NCBI GenBank assembly: GCA_051530055.1
Contig: CM121342.1
Location: 7,758,691-7,822,690 of the forward strand
DNA: 64,000 bases
Origin: Neoechinorhynchus agilis
Lineage: Eukaryota > Animalia > Acanthocephala
Direction: 5' to 3'
Positions 12,673-25,230 of this stretch are shown one piece after another. The translations under genes and the position numbers were made by a program. The notes under the pieces are model-generated. The model was given only the letters and a program-made list of their open reading frames with translations. It searched no databases and was not told the origin of the DNA. The first letter of the stretch is position 1, and every line of letters begins with the position of its first letter.

Positions 12673-14241
12673 ATGGCATACGGCCTAACACAATTCATTA
12701 AAACCCTTCCAGCTAACTTCAACGATGAATACCAATATCTCAACCCCATGTTCCCAAAGCTTGGAAGCACTTTGGCGTTCGATCAAACAACATGGGACAT
12801 TGATTTGTTTCACAGGACAAAAACCATAGGATTCAGTATGCGTTACGAAATTTTGACTCCCTGGTCCAATTCAAGCTACTACCAATGGATAGTTCATGAA
12901 CTAAACACCATGAAAGGTAAAATAGTTAGTGGTAACTACAATTCCTCGATTGGTCCGTTATGTACTTACTTTCAAAACGTAACCGTAGAAGGTCATTATC
13001 GGGGCGTAGATGGGTTAAAAGACGCGGTTGATTTGCTTGTAGAGAACGAAGCGGTTCCTTCGGACGACTATTTTTACACTCGAATAGTTCCGCTTATAGT
13101 GGATAGTGCGCTAGAAGCGACAACATTGTTTGATTCGACTAATAGAATTCCAGCTCTGTATAAATGGTGCGACATTGCATTGACATTGTCCGGTAGACAG
13201 TGCCTCTGTCTGATCTCTCATTGCTTTTTGAACACGTTTGAACGCCTGGGGACATATCGGGTGCATCCATGTCATCCGGAAGCCCCAGAACAACATACGA
13301 TTTCCCAAAGTAGAATGAACCCGTTCACGTTTTGGAAAATGATGACAGCTAGTGGACAACCGGAGAAACTTGCTTGTTATCTCGGATACATGGTCCATCA
13401 GTTAAAAAACATGGATAAACTTGAGTACGGAGTGACGTTTTACAGAGCTCGAATTCCTCGTTCACCACCATCGATTCTAAAAACTTTTCTCGATCAAAGT
13501 CCAGGAATTAGTAGAACAGCCGTAACCACAAAACTTTTGACTGATGATTTCGCAACCTGTCTTCAAGTCGATTTCGCAGATGAATACGTCGGAGGAGAAT
13601 CACTAAGATACGATATGGCACAAGAAGAAGTTATTTTCTGCCTAAGACCAGAACTTCTAGTTTCAATGCTGTTTACTACACGACTTCAAGACCGAGAAGC
13701 CCTTCAAATGACTGGAGCAAGGATCTTTAATGATACTGATGGATATTCGGATAAATTCGAGTACACGGGCCCCAACCTTGAAGATGTACCAATGGATGGA
13801 AAAAGACGATTCACAAGTAACATCACAGCAATCGATGCTATACATTTCCAGGCTAATAATGTAAACGAACAATACGACATGGCCAATATAGATCGCGAAA
13901 TATTGAAAGCTGTGGTTGGGTTCGCACATTCAAGTCGTTTCCAGAATACTTGGACAAATGCTATTAGCACCGGTAAATGGGGTTCTGGAATATTTAATGC
14001 CAACCTTGAACTTAAATTTGTTATTCAACTATTGGCGGCTTCTATTACCGGTCGTCATCTTATTTACTGTTCGTTCCACGACACTAACTTGTCTCAGAGA
14101 ATCGCGAATTTCTGCAATCAAGTTGCCAAAATGAGACCAAAACAAATATATCAGATATTGGAAAATAATGAACTTAACAACTACATATCAGTTTTTGACT
14201 TGATCGTCAGTCATGCAAAATATGGCGGTCATCAATATTAA
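12673..14241 (+). CDS. PARG: Poly(ADP-ribose) glycohydrolase-like protein, intronless, 522 aa
   Basis: LQVDFADEYVGGESLRYDMAQEEVIFCLRPEL (catalytic QEE), LSGRQCLCLISHCFLNTF, ITAIDA, IDREILKAVVGF, AISTGKWGSGIFN..LKFVIQLLAAS match the PARG catalytic domain. Confidence 0.9.
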   Translation: MAYGLTQFIKTLPANFNDEYQYLNPMFPKLGSTLAFDQTTWDIDLFHRTKTIGFSMRYEILTPWSNSSYYQWIVHELNTMKGKIVSGNYNSSIGPLCTYFQNVTVEGHYRGVDGLKDAVDLLVENEAVPSDDYFYTRIVPLIVDSALEATTLFDSTNRIPALYKWCDIALTLSGRQCLCLISHCFLNTFERLGTYRVHPCHPEAPEQHTISQSRMNPFTFWKMMTASGQPEKLACYLGYMVHQLKNMDKLEYGVTFYRARIPRSPPSILKTFLDQSPGISRTAVTTKLLTDDFATCLQVDFADEYVGGESLRYDMAQEEVIFCLRPELLVSMLFTTRLQDREALQMTGARIFNDTDGYSDKFEYTGPNLEDVPMDGKRRFTSNITAIDAIHFQANNVNEQYDMANIDREILKAVVGFAHSSRFQNTWTNAISTGKWGSGIFNANLELKFVIQLLAASITGRHLIYCSFHDTNLSQRIANFCNQVAKMRPKQIYQILENNELNNYISVFDLIVSHAKYGGHQY

Positions 14242-15351
14242 ACTCTCAATGTTTTTTGCTGAAAGTTAATGTAGATTGAATGAGAGTGAAGATCTATTAA
14301 AAGGAAAAACACGAAAAACAAAACAAGTAGCGATGAGCATTAATCTTTTTAGAGCGACACTTTTCTTGTGAAGAAAATTGACTATTGGTTGGATCTCTGA
14401 AAAAAGAAAATGCAAAAAATCATCAATTCGTGATTTCCTTGCTACTGAGCGCATTTCTGCAAGAAATCCCGCTCGGTTTTAAATAACATCCATTTTCTTC
14501 GACGAAACAATCGGCCAATGGACCTTCATATAGTCACGTCTTACATAAAAATATCGACTATCGTAAAGTAATTTTAACAAGAATTTTTCGGTGAAAATCA
14601 TAGGCGCCAAAGGAAACCTTAGAAAATAAGTTGTGTTGAAGCTATAAAAAGATATAAACGTCAACTTGGACGCATTTTGACGGCGACAACCGAAGACCGA
14701 GTTTTGTTAGACCATCATTCGCTGTATTCAACATTGATTAATTATAAGACATTAAAAATGTGTCGTCAGCATAAGCGAGCTGAGATAATCGATTTCCCCA
14801 ACCGTGCATTCCTTATCCAGCTTTTGTAAACCGCTGACAATACAGAGTGTGAACATAAACGAAGATCATCGAGAGAAAATCTTTCAAAATGATAGAATTA
14901 TGGTGATCATAATTCAACGAGGATAAAGCATATGTTATTGCTGCCTTGTAATATTGTCTTCGAGAAAAAGATATTGCTTTCTGTAGTTATATCGCTACAG
15001 ATTTAACTCTATTAATTTATTCCGCTATTTCACATAGAATAATTCAGAAATTTTTCAAAGGTTTATCATCGTTAATTATTAAAAGACGCTAAAATGACAA
15101 ACCTTGATAATGTTGGAATTATCCGACAGGTGAAATATCGGAAATAAATAAGTCCCAATGGAAAATATTTCAATTAAATAAAATATTTCTTTGGTCGCTT
15201 TACCACCCCGCGGAGTTAAATGGATAAAAAATTGTCGATATTTCACATCGGATAATTTAGAAATTTTCCCAAGGTTTATCAATGCCAACTATTTGGTGGA
15301 TCGTCGACTGACTTCTCAACCACATGTCCAAACGTTTATTAATTTAAAGAT

Positions 15352-15786
15352 AATAAAGCACAAAACGTGCAATCACCACCGTCCGCGAAATTGGAGCTTC
15401 TCTCCTTCCCCGGCTGTCGCTATCACGCTAGCAGCATTGCCTCGTTGTACTGCGAGCGAGATATAATGTCGCAGGAATACACCTGCTCGTGCGTCGCCGG
15501 TCGTTTCTCTCAATTTCTTCGAGAGATATTGGAGCAGAGTGAGTGCCTAGCTGCCAAGCGATCCATATGTGTCTACTCCGAAGGAAACAAAATAGTGGGC
15601 CCTTGCTAATTCTCCATACTTTTGTACCTTCCTCCCTTCCGCTGCACTGGCTGCACCTCTAGTGATTTCGAGAGAGTAAGGAATGTTGTTTACTGCGAGT
15701 GTCCACAAACTTGGCGTCCCAGAGAAGGTATTTGCCCTAAACATATGTTATTTTTTCGATTGTCCTTCTTTAAGCAAGCGGTTGAA
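15352..15786 (-). mobile_element. CRE-like retrotransposon 3' fragment, near-identical to 59171-59605
   Basis: AEGRKVQKYGELARAHYFVSFGVDTYGSLG..SLAVQRGNAASVIA; nucleotide sequence is almost identical to the reverse complement of 59171-59605. Confidence 0.85.
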
Positions 15787-18684
15787 AACAAATGTTTACA
15801 TTTTGGACACTGATATTTCGGAGTTTTACTCCTTCTTCGAAGTTCTGAAAAACACACGCAATCTACGAACGTAGAGTTTTAAAAAAAGGTTAGTGAGAAA
15901 GTTAAATCGCCCCGTTGGTCGATAACCATAACGATTTGCACGTTGGTTAAGTGTTCGTAATGCAACACGAGACAAAATATTGGGCAGGATTGAGATTTAG
16001 AGAAAAAAGGGAGATCGAGACGACGATGAGAGACCGACTGATTTTTTGAGACGGAAATGTCGTTTGAGTTTCGAGAATGTTACGGTGGCTCTACCAAGAG
16101 GAGATGGTAGTCTTGAAAGACGATTATTAATATTCCAAGAAGGGATCGACCGGGCATCGTATCGCATCTCTCGCATGGTTAACGAGCGGCCTTGAAATCT
16201 ATAAAAGAAATGATTCAAAATAGGTCGCTAAGGGTGATGGTTATTGAGAAAGATGGCGAAATGGTTGCAATCGGGCTAAATTTAGAAGAAGGGATGATGC
16301 CCGTAAGGAAATCCGCCCTTCCCAAAATGTAATTGCTAGGCGCCACTTGAAAGGATTCAACGCCTACATTCCCGAGGACTATTGCGTACGCCAGTATTGT
16401 ACCCAATGATCAAAACGACTTAAGATGTCCAAGGTTCCCATCACGGGGCAATTGGATCATTACTGAAGTACACAGGCCGATCATTTCTGCAGCGAACGGT
16501 CCTTGGTATTATCGGGTAACCTGTGAGCTATGACCCCAATTCCACTCCTCCAAACGACAATGAACATATCTAAAAAGTTACTGATTGAATCCTTCCATTC
16601 CCGGCGAGAGGATTTAAATTCTAACTAAAGTCTTTTCATTTTGACGACTTATACACAAACGTCGAATGAGGATTTAAGAGCAAAGGAGAAAAGATATAGG
16701 TTCTTTGAAGTGGATGAAATGAAACAGAGGCTCAATAAAATGGATACAACCGAGCGATTAAAGGTGACGATTGACGACCCGGTAGATTGTTTTCCCTATC
16801 ATCAACTTACCATTCAAGGATAGCCACATAGCCTTGCAAGAAAGCCATAATCATGCATCGAGATTCTCACAATCCTCTTGGGCGATGAAGCAAGCGATCT
16901 GTACTGCGATGGATAAGACTGCAAGAATTTGCTCATCTTCACCGGAGGCTAAAAAAATCGTCAATAAAGGTTTCGAACAGAATGTTCGCTTAAAACGAAT
17001 ATTGGGATCGGGAAATTAAGGGGCTCCCTAGCATAATCGTGTTCTAATGTTGAGAATCGGCGCACTGATTTATTAGTCTTTTGTTTTTCCAAGCTTTCGC
17101 CGTTTAACGGCCTCTTCAGGCATTGTACTCGAATAATCAACCACCAAAACGCTGCTTCCATTCCTTCTCGATAACGAGCACTTGGGCTCTCCAGGGTGTT
17201 GTGGTGGGAGACATGAAACTACTCCTTTCTTATGTTGGTCTACAAACGGCGGTGTACCAACAGATACGGCAGAAACTGCCCAACTGACGTCAGTCTTTAG
17301 TGACGCTTATCACATCTCCTCCCCCTCCAGTATGGGGAATATCGCCTTGTTTCGGTTCGTTTTCTCTCGCTTCTTCCCAGGCGCGTCGTAGGTTCATCCT
17401 TCTTGCTCGGCGTCCCTTGTTCGTTCCATGTTGTTGAATTCTCTTCTTTTGACGTATTCGTATTCTCATCTCGGTATATCTCTTCTGATGTTCCTTGGTT
17501 GTTCGAGGTGGTATGTTCCCTTCATTCGAAGTCCTTTTTCTGCTATCGTCCCGATCTTTCTGTGATGTCTCTTCCTTATCCATAATCCTTTTCCTGATGA
17601 AATCGCTATGGCATCGTCTGTTATTCTCGGTTTCATTTTGAATCCAATATGACTTCAGTCCCGTTCTTATATTTATGGTCCCTTCGTGCCATTTGTCCCT
17701 TTTCCACCGCTTGAACCATATCCTCTCCTTCTCTGTGAATTCCCTCGATGGTCCTTTCTTGTACTGTTCTCTCCTTTCTTTGTCATCCCTACCGTTCGGT
17801 CGTATGTTGTCGAAAAAAGTCAGTAATCTTCGGTTCATCAAGCTTCTGCTGGTGACTTTCCCGTGGTGGAGTGGGGTGGATTCGGGTATGTGAGTAAAAA
17901 CTCCTGAAGTCTGTCTTACTTCTGTTATTTTTCCGTATCTATCAGTTGTTCGTCTTTTAAACGTGTCTACCATCCTTTCGGCTAGCCCGTTGGTTTGAGG
18001 GTGGTATGGGCTAGCTCTAATTTGGCATATCCCGTATTCCTGACAAAATCTTTCGAACTCTTTTGCCACGAATTGTGGTTCATTGTCTGCAACCACTTTC
18101 TCTGGGTACCGAATCTTGAAAACCATTCTCTTAACTTTACAATTATCTTGGTTGTGATTGCTGAGTTTCCTAGATTGCATATTTCTACCCATTTGCTTCC
18201 CGCGTCTACCACCACTAGGAACATCTTATGGTTGATCGGATCCGCCAGATCAATGTGTAGACGGCTCCACGGGGTACTAGGTGTATCCCACCAGTATATC
18301 GGTTGTTTGCTTTGTGCGCATCTATTCGCCTGACAAAGTCCACATCTTTCCACACATGCTTTAATATCGTCGTCAAATCCCTGGATGTCCCTCGTGTAAT
18401 CGTTAAAGGACTTGTTTTCTTAGCTGCTGGGGAATAGCAATCCTTTGTTGTCGCATCAAGATTCCGTTTTCGACCGACAGTTCATCTTTTTTTCTCCCAC
18501 CATCGTTTTTCCTCTGCTATTTTTATCGAACTCGGTCATCCATATTTCACGTATCGAGTGACCTTCGGCAAGCATCTATCTTTCTGGGTACTCTTTCTAA
18601 TTAGTTCTTCGTTTAGCTCCCATCGTTGTATCTTTTCCAATCGGCCAAGGTATTATGTTTTCCTTTGATGTATTTTACGTTACT

Positions 18685-20115
18685 CACTTTCAAAGACGAT
18701 AATGGCGAATTGAAAATTTCCGCAAAATAATTTGCGATTCTCTTTTTTCTGATTTCCGGGGAGGAACCTTCAATCAAAGTTGGCTGTCTTTGGGATCTTC
18801 CTGTGAGAATGTTTATCGCTCTCCATGCTAAGGAGGTACGAACAAAACCTTCCTTATATGCGATCCCGCGAACTGCATCCTCTATCGAAGCTTTTTGCTT
18901 TTCATTATAGAGGTTGGCAAGTTCAAGACTTGCAATGCGAGCCTCAGATCGTTTTCCTCTTTTTCTTAGAGTTTTGATCTGCTTAGCCATTGCCATAAAT
19001 TCACAGTCCTCCTGCCACATAACCTTTGCAGCTTTTATACGCCTATTTTTTGGGAGGGTTTTCTCGGCCGCTTTGGTCACTGCGTCGCAGATTGGCTTGT
19101 AATAAAAATCAATATCCGTTTCAGCAGCTGGCATCGAGCTCAGTTGATTCTCTAGTTCGATATCGAACTCTTTCCTATTCTCCTCATTAGCGAGGGCGCC
19201 ATAGAACGGACGTGGAGGATGTTGAGGCGTACGGAACAACGAGTCTCTCATGCTCAACTGACACATCACCAATCTGTGGTCGGTTGGCAGCCCATCAACT
19301 GTGAACGTGCCAGCCTTTTTGACCCGACATTTTCCCCTACGTCTCAACAATATATGGTCAAGCTGAGCTAAGCGCCTCTTGGGATTTTTTCCCATGGCAT
19401 GTTTGGACGGATTTTTTGACCCATAAACGTCGCCAAACGCCACGGACGCTTCCGGAATAAAGTGTTAGCAGGCACGAGATCATGCCGCTCCAGCGCCTCA
19501 ACCAAGTACCGGCTGTTCCGATTCTCGCCTTTTAACACATAGCGATCTTTCGGAATGCGATAAAATCGCGTTGAAGTCACCGGCTATAATGGAGGGTGTA
19601 ACTGTTCGGTACATCATCTAATGCTTCGGCTAGATTTTCATAAAATCCTTCAACCGCCTCTTCATCCGACGAGGAGGTCGGTGAATACACGCCAAAAGCA
19701 TAGAGATTTCTCGACCGAAGCTTTATGCTGACACGAAGGATTCAGTCAGTTATAGTACTGCCTAGTGCTGAGTTTCGGAGGCGCGGTGATAAACAAACGC
19801 CTACACCTCCATTTCCTCGACTGTCCGCAGATAGGTAGGATAATGACCAGCCTCCTCCTAAATCGTCCTGATTTACGTCGGTGTCTGACTGGCCTCTTAT
19901 GCGCAATTCTTGTAAAAACACAAGATCCATTCTGGCGTCCCTTGCCAATTTGGACAGGGTTCCCCTACGCCATTGTGCTCGCAGACTCCTACAATTCAAG
20001 GATCCGATTCGTAGTCCTCTTCTATCTGAAATAGCTGGGCCAAAGGGCTCACGGCAGTCAGCGCCACCTGAACAGTCCATAGCCACCACGGCGATGAGCT
20101 TCGACTGACGCTTTC
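18685..20115 (-). mobile_element. RTE-like LINE fragment (APE domain and linker), same family as 61680-64000
   Basis: LRIGSLNCRSL, LVFLQE, GNGGVG, QLDHIL, PTDHRLV; near-identical to 61865-63130. Confidence 0.85.
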
Positions 20116-22860
20116 GTTACCTCCGGCAACAGGATCACGCGGTTCATAAAATCCAGATTTGAATTCAGAGCAGATCGAGCATTCCTCGCAAGTACGTTTC
20201 ACATCATTTAAGGAATATGGTAGGTTCTTGGTTCTCACAAAGTGGGCCAGCCGCTGCACACCTGGATGAGCGAATTCATTTTGTATATAAATTGGATCCT
20301 TCGTATTAGTGGCACGACAATCTAATCTTAAAAAAGCATCTGCACTGACATTCAATCCACCTGGTCGGTATATGATCTCGAATTTGTAGCAGGATAACTC
20401 TACACGCCATCTTTCGCTCTTGTCGTTCTTAATCTTATTGTTGTGATTGATATTGAACATAAAAGATACAGATTGTTGATCAGTAATGATCAAAAACGCC
20501 CTTCCAGTTAGCCAGGGTCTCCATTTTCGTACACTCTCTACAATTGCCTGAGTTTCCTTCTCAGTCGCAGGATGTTTTCTTTCTGCAGGTGAAAGAGTGC
20601 GTGAGAAAAACTATAGGTTTTCCGTTTTGACTCGGGGTAGCAGCGATGGCAACGTCCGAAGCATCGGTTTCTAAGACTAATTGTCCAGTCGGATTCAGAC
20701 AGCTCAGAGCAGCATTCCCGATTTCCTGCTTGGTAGATTCAAAAGCTTCTAATGATTCTTGATTCAATGGGAATTCCGTGGTATGGATGATCGGGTTGAT
20801 TTTGGTTGAAAAGTCAGATATCCAATTGGAATAGTACGAAAATATTCCCATGCAACGTTTCAAACTAGTCTTATCTGTTGGTGGTTTTAATGCCAAAGGC
20901 TCTCTATCCTTTCAGGATCCGCTTTTATATTCTGGTAAGAAATTAGGTATCCCAAAATTGCTATCTGATTATTGCTGAAAATGTATTTTTTATCATTGAA
21001 TGTCAAACCAAGATCTGCGATTTTTTAAATTGTTTAAATTTGCATCGTGCTCTTCAATTGTAGATCCACAAATTGTGATATTGTCCAAATATGCATAAGT
21101 ACCTTTCAGCTTGTTTTTATCAATGATCGAATTCATTATTCTCTGAAAAGTCGCTACGCCGTTAGTGATGCCAAATGGAATCCGGGTAAATTCATAAAGA
21201 CCACCATTCGCTTCAAAAGCTGTAAAGATCCTACCCAGCCTGTTGATTGGTATTTGATGGTATGCATGTCGAAGATCGATGACCGTAAAATATTTATATT
21301 GTGTTACTTCTCGGGCTAGATCGTCGATTTTTGGAAGAGGGTATGCATCTAGTTCAGTATATTTGTTGATTGTCGATGCATAATCAATCACCATTCGAGG
21401 CCTACTTGCGTTACTTCGAACAATCAATACCTGCGTCCGCCAAGGAGACTGATTATGGGTAATTATTCCTTCCGATAACATACGTTTAACTTCTTCTTTA
21501 ATGAAGACTATCGAGTTGATTATAATTCCTTGATTTCACCGCTATTGGTCGACAACCCTGATTGAGATTTGCAAAAAGACGAGGAGTCATCTCTCCATCC
21601 ATTGCCATGCATTCAAGCGATCCATCTCCATCAAAAAGGAATTTTACTTCCTTGAACTCATAAATGATCTTCCCAAAATTATATCGGTGCATAAATTTTT
21701 AAGCGCATACAGTTCGACATTTTCATAGATAATCCCTTTGTATATAATGTCGGAACGGGTTATTCCGGTCGTGCTCCGTTCTATATCCCCAGAAGCTCAT
21801 TTTGAGAATAAGTTGCTTTACGAGCTGATCATCGATGAAGCTCTGAGAACTTCCAGTATCGAACAGAACAGACAAATTGTCTTTGTTATTCATTGTGATT
21901 GTTTGCGAAGTTCGACGAGAATCATTTTCAATTGCTAGTAACGAGATTGCGGCTATGTTTGGCATGGACCTACATACTCTTGAGTAATGGCCAATCTTCT
22001 GGCATTTGTTACATTTGGAATCTTTTGCAGGGCACATTGATCTGGGATAGCGTCTATTCGCGCAGAAAAAACACGTTTGTTTGTTGTAATTGACTGCTAG
22101 ACATTCAGGAGCTTTGGTTTGATGGTTATTAAGTGATTCCGTAATTTCGTTTTGTATACGGTTGCAATGGTTGGTTTCATTTTTTCCGATGTAATTGTAT
22201 TGATTGGTGTTGAAATAGCGGCAATCGGCTTCAGCTTGTTCCATAATATATGCCTGCTGAATCGCTTCCTCTAGGGATTTATTCGCTTTTTTGAGCAGCT
22301 TTTGTCTCATTTTGTCGGAGTATAGCCCAGCAATTAATGACTCCCTTATTGCTTCCTCCTTTGCCTCATCCGCGGTTATGTCCTTAAACTGGCAATTATT
22401 ACCTAATAATCTAAGTTCGGTCACGTAATCCCTTATGGACTTCGATTCAGCCTGTCGTCGAGTTATTAGTCGATACCTCGCTGCAACGACATTTGTGATT
22501 CTGCAGTATGCTTTTTTAAACAGTTTGTTGCCTCTTCATGTGTTTTGCAAGATTCAATTTGAGCATACACCCTCGATCCAACGCAGTTTATCAAACGAAT
22601 CAATTTTCCTTTGTCATCAATTTCAAGATCTTCGATATAATTCTCAAAAGTCGTAAACCAGTGTTCGAATATTTCATGAGAGTTGCTATCGCTTGGTACT
22701 GTGAGTAATCTATCGGGTTTCAATAGATTATCGGTAACTTGAAGCATGGTTGTCTCGAGTGTACTTGACATGAATGTTTTTGCTTCTTGTTGTTCAGCTT
22801 TTTTTGTTTAATAAATTGTACTGCACTTGGAGAGTTTTATTAAACAAAAAAACAACGTTC
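20115..22860 (-). mobile_element. Second, nested Ty3/gypsy element (gag-PR-RT-RH-partial IN), frameshifted
   Basis: Gag 22466-22771; CCHC CFFC..C / CNKCQKIGHYSRVC; protease VLFDTGS; RT SPW..PRMVIDY..YPLPKID..IDLRHAYHQI..PFGITNG..AYLDNI; RH LETDASD; IN zinc finger AHPGVQR..CEECSIC. Confidence 0.85.
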
Positions 22861-25230
22861 GAATAATTAACGACAATTTAACTGTGCAAACAGGTACTAA
22901 ACCGATCGATAATGTAATCGACCGTATGCACGCATTTACGATCGATTACGGATGACCACTTTTATCACAAGTCCTCATGTGGAACATTCCGTTTCGTTTG
23001 TACTTGGTGATTGTTTTGGTTTGTATATCTTGTTAATTTCTCCATCTTCAGCTATCCTTTTCTTTGGGGTTTCCATCAATGTTGTAGATGTAGCTTGGAA
23101 CCTTAAGAGGATTTCCTCCAGTTTTTAAAATGTCAAATCTTCGATCTGTAGGGCTGCTCGTCTTACTTCTTCGTGTGGAGTATGCATTCTGTCTTCTAGA
23201 GCTTCAGCACAGTTCGCCCGCACCTCTTAGCTCTGCGAACCATTCCTTATAGCTTTGGTTCTGTTTCATGAGAGTTTTCCCGAATTTGTACCTCGCTGCC
23301 ACTTCGTGTATAAACGATCCGTATATTTTATGGAGCTGATCTGTTAAGTCCTCATATGATGCATTATTCAGTGCTTCAACGGTGAAAATTTTTCTCCGTA
23401 GTTTGAAAGTAGCTGATCCGAGCCACGATATCAAACAAGCTTTCTTTTTATCTTCGGTCACCATATTGCACCAGTTGAAGTGTTGCTCCAGTTGTAGATA
23501 ATAATCCGACCACATATCTTCATCTTCTTCGAATGGTCTAAAAATCGGAACATTGACTTCGGTTGTTGTGATCTTTGATTTCTCTTCTGATTTTTCCTGC
23601 CACATTGATTCCAACGATTCCTGCTTCTTCACTAACATCTTCATAAGCTGTGACTGTTGGCTGAGTATTTGTACCATCGTTTTGGTCACGCCTTGACCAT
23701 TCTCGCCGCCAGATGTCGTAGTGGGAGACATGAAACTACTACTCTATTATGTTGGTCGACAAACGGCGGTGTACCAACAGATACGGCAGAAACCGCCCAA
23801 CTGACGTCAGTCTTTAGTGACGTTTGACGTTCGTGGAAGAATTGACGATTAAACAGGGAGAACGGATCCTCTAGCATAATTTTGCTCTTCTGTCATTTGG
23901 TAAATGCAGTCATGTGAAAGGACTTTGAGCAAATGCCGAGAAATGTGCGTTGGACGATTATTTGTCAAAAGTACGTTTGATAAAGTGACATTTATGACGC
24001 TATAAATGGCAAATTTAATGCCCGAAATCGTTATTGTCAAACGTTGTTTCGTAACGAGCATTTGATATGCAAACTGAATTTTCGAGAAAATAAGAAAATG
24101 ACGCAATCAAAATTCAAGTCTGCGGTATCGTCACAGAAGAAAATTTAAAGGAGCATAAAGTTCCTCTATGAAACGATTTTTGAGCGAATTCTTATTGGTT
24201 CATTTTTCGGTGCTTTGGAAAGCATTAAATCTGTGGCGAGGACTTCTTCGTCGACACAAATTTAGTCGGTTTAATCGGTCGAAATATATTCGTCTTTAAC
24301 GATCTTCCTCGGGTGCCTACAGGCTACCTAAACAATAACACAAACTTAGTCCTTGCCATAAATCTTATTTTCGAAATTAATTTTAATCAGGACCTCAGAA
24401 ACTTTCGGGACGATCTTGGTTTCCTCGTCGATATCGGCGTGAAATACTATTTCATTTTCCAATCGCATGATCAAGTTATGTTTTCAAAAATGGACACTTG
24501 GGAGAGGGCTGCTGTAATCACTAAAAGAAAATATTTTTTTCTGAGCTTTCCCTGTGTTACGGCTTCCTAAAATATCAACAAATGCGCATATGAAGATTTG
24601 AGGAGCGTGTTAAAGTAACGAAATTGAAGTGTGGAAAGTTTGTTGAGCAGTTCTCGAGCTTTGTCGAGCTGATGTCTAAAACTCTCGTTTGCATTGTCAG
24701 TGGAATATCCCTTACACCGGGCTGGATTCGAGAGTTATTTATTCGCTGTGGTATTTTGAGTTGTGTTTTTGTCCTCGGTTTAGTCAGACGCAAAGGCCGT
24801 TCAGTTTTCCCGTGAAGATGAACTCGCGATTATCGTCGTTGACAACGCTGCTTCGTATGCTAATCGAATCTTGGCGACCGTTTGTGTCCACGGGCATCCA
24901 TGGTGCGTACACATCAATGAACGATGCTGAACTTGTTTATGACGGTTCGTAGTGTTCAATCGGCATCATCGAGATTCCCATCATCCTCGGGCGATGAAAC
25001 AAGCAATTTATGCTGAGATGCACAGTAGAAAAACGATTGGCGATTCGCTAAGGGGGGAAAGCAGCGATACGTGATTCTACAGAGGAGAAAAGGAGTGAAA
25101 TTGATCATTAATGTCATCAATCTTGATTGATTCAAGAGCTTAACTCTTTATAAGAGTTTCCTGTAAGAATTATCGTTAAATCTCCAAGGTTGAAAGTGTA
25201 CGGTAATCATGATCTTTGGGATAAAGCACA

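Larger units (their letters stand above)
17197..23831 (-). mobile_element. Ty3/gypsy (K02A2.6-like) LTR retrotransposon, degenerate, hosting nested insertions
   Basis: 3' LTR 17197-17314 (TG...CA) with PPT at 17315-17328; matching 5' LTR ~23714-23831 followed by PBS-like TGGCGGCGAG (23702-23711); gag at 23204-23731; integrase PWSRLHIDLA..VVDAGSKW..ADNEPQF..SPYHPQTNGLAERMV at 17290-18353. Confidence 0.85.

Noticed and set aside
16834-17019. Transposase remnant with an HNH motif, with a ~65-nt relative near 24965
   Set aside because: The repeat similarity is real but too short and degenerate to assign a family.
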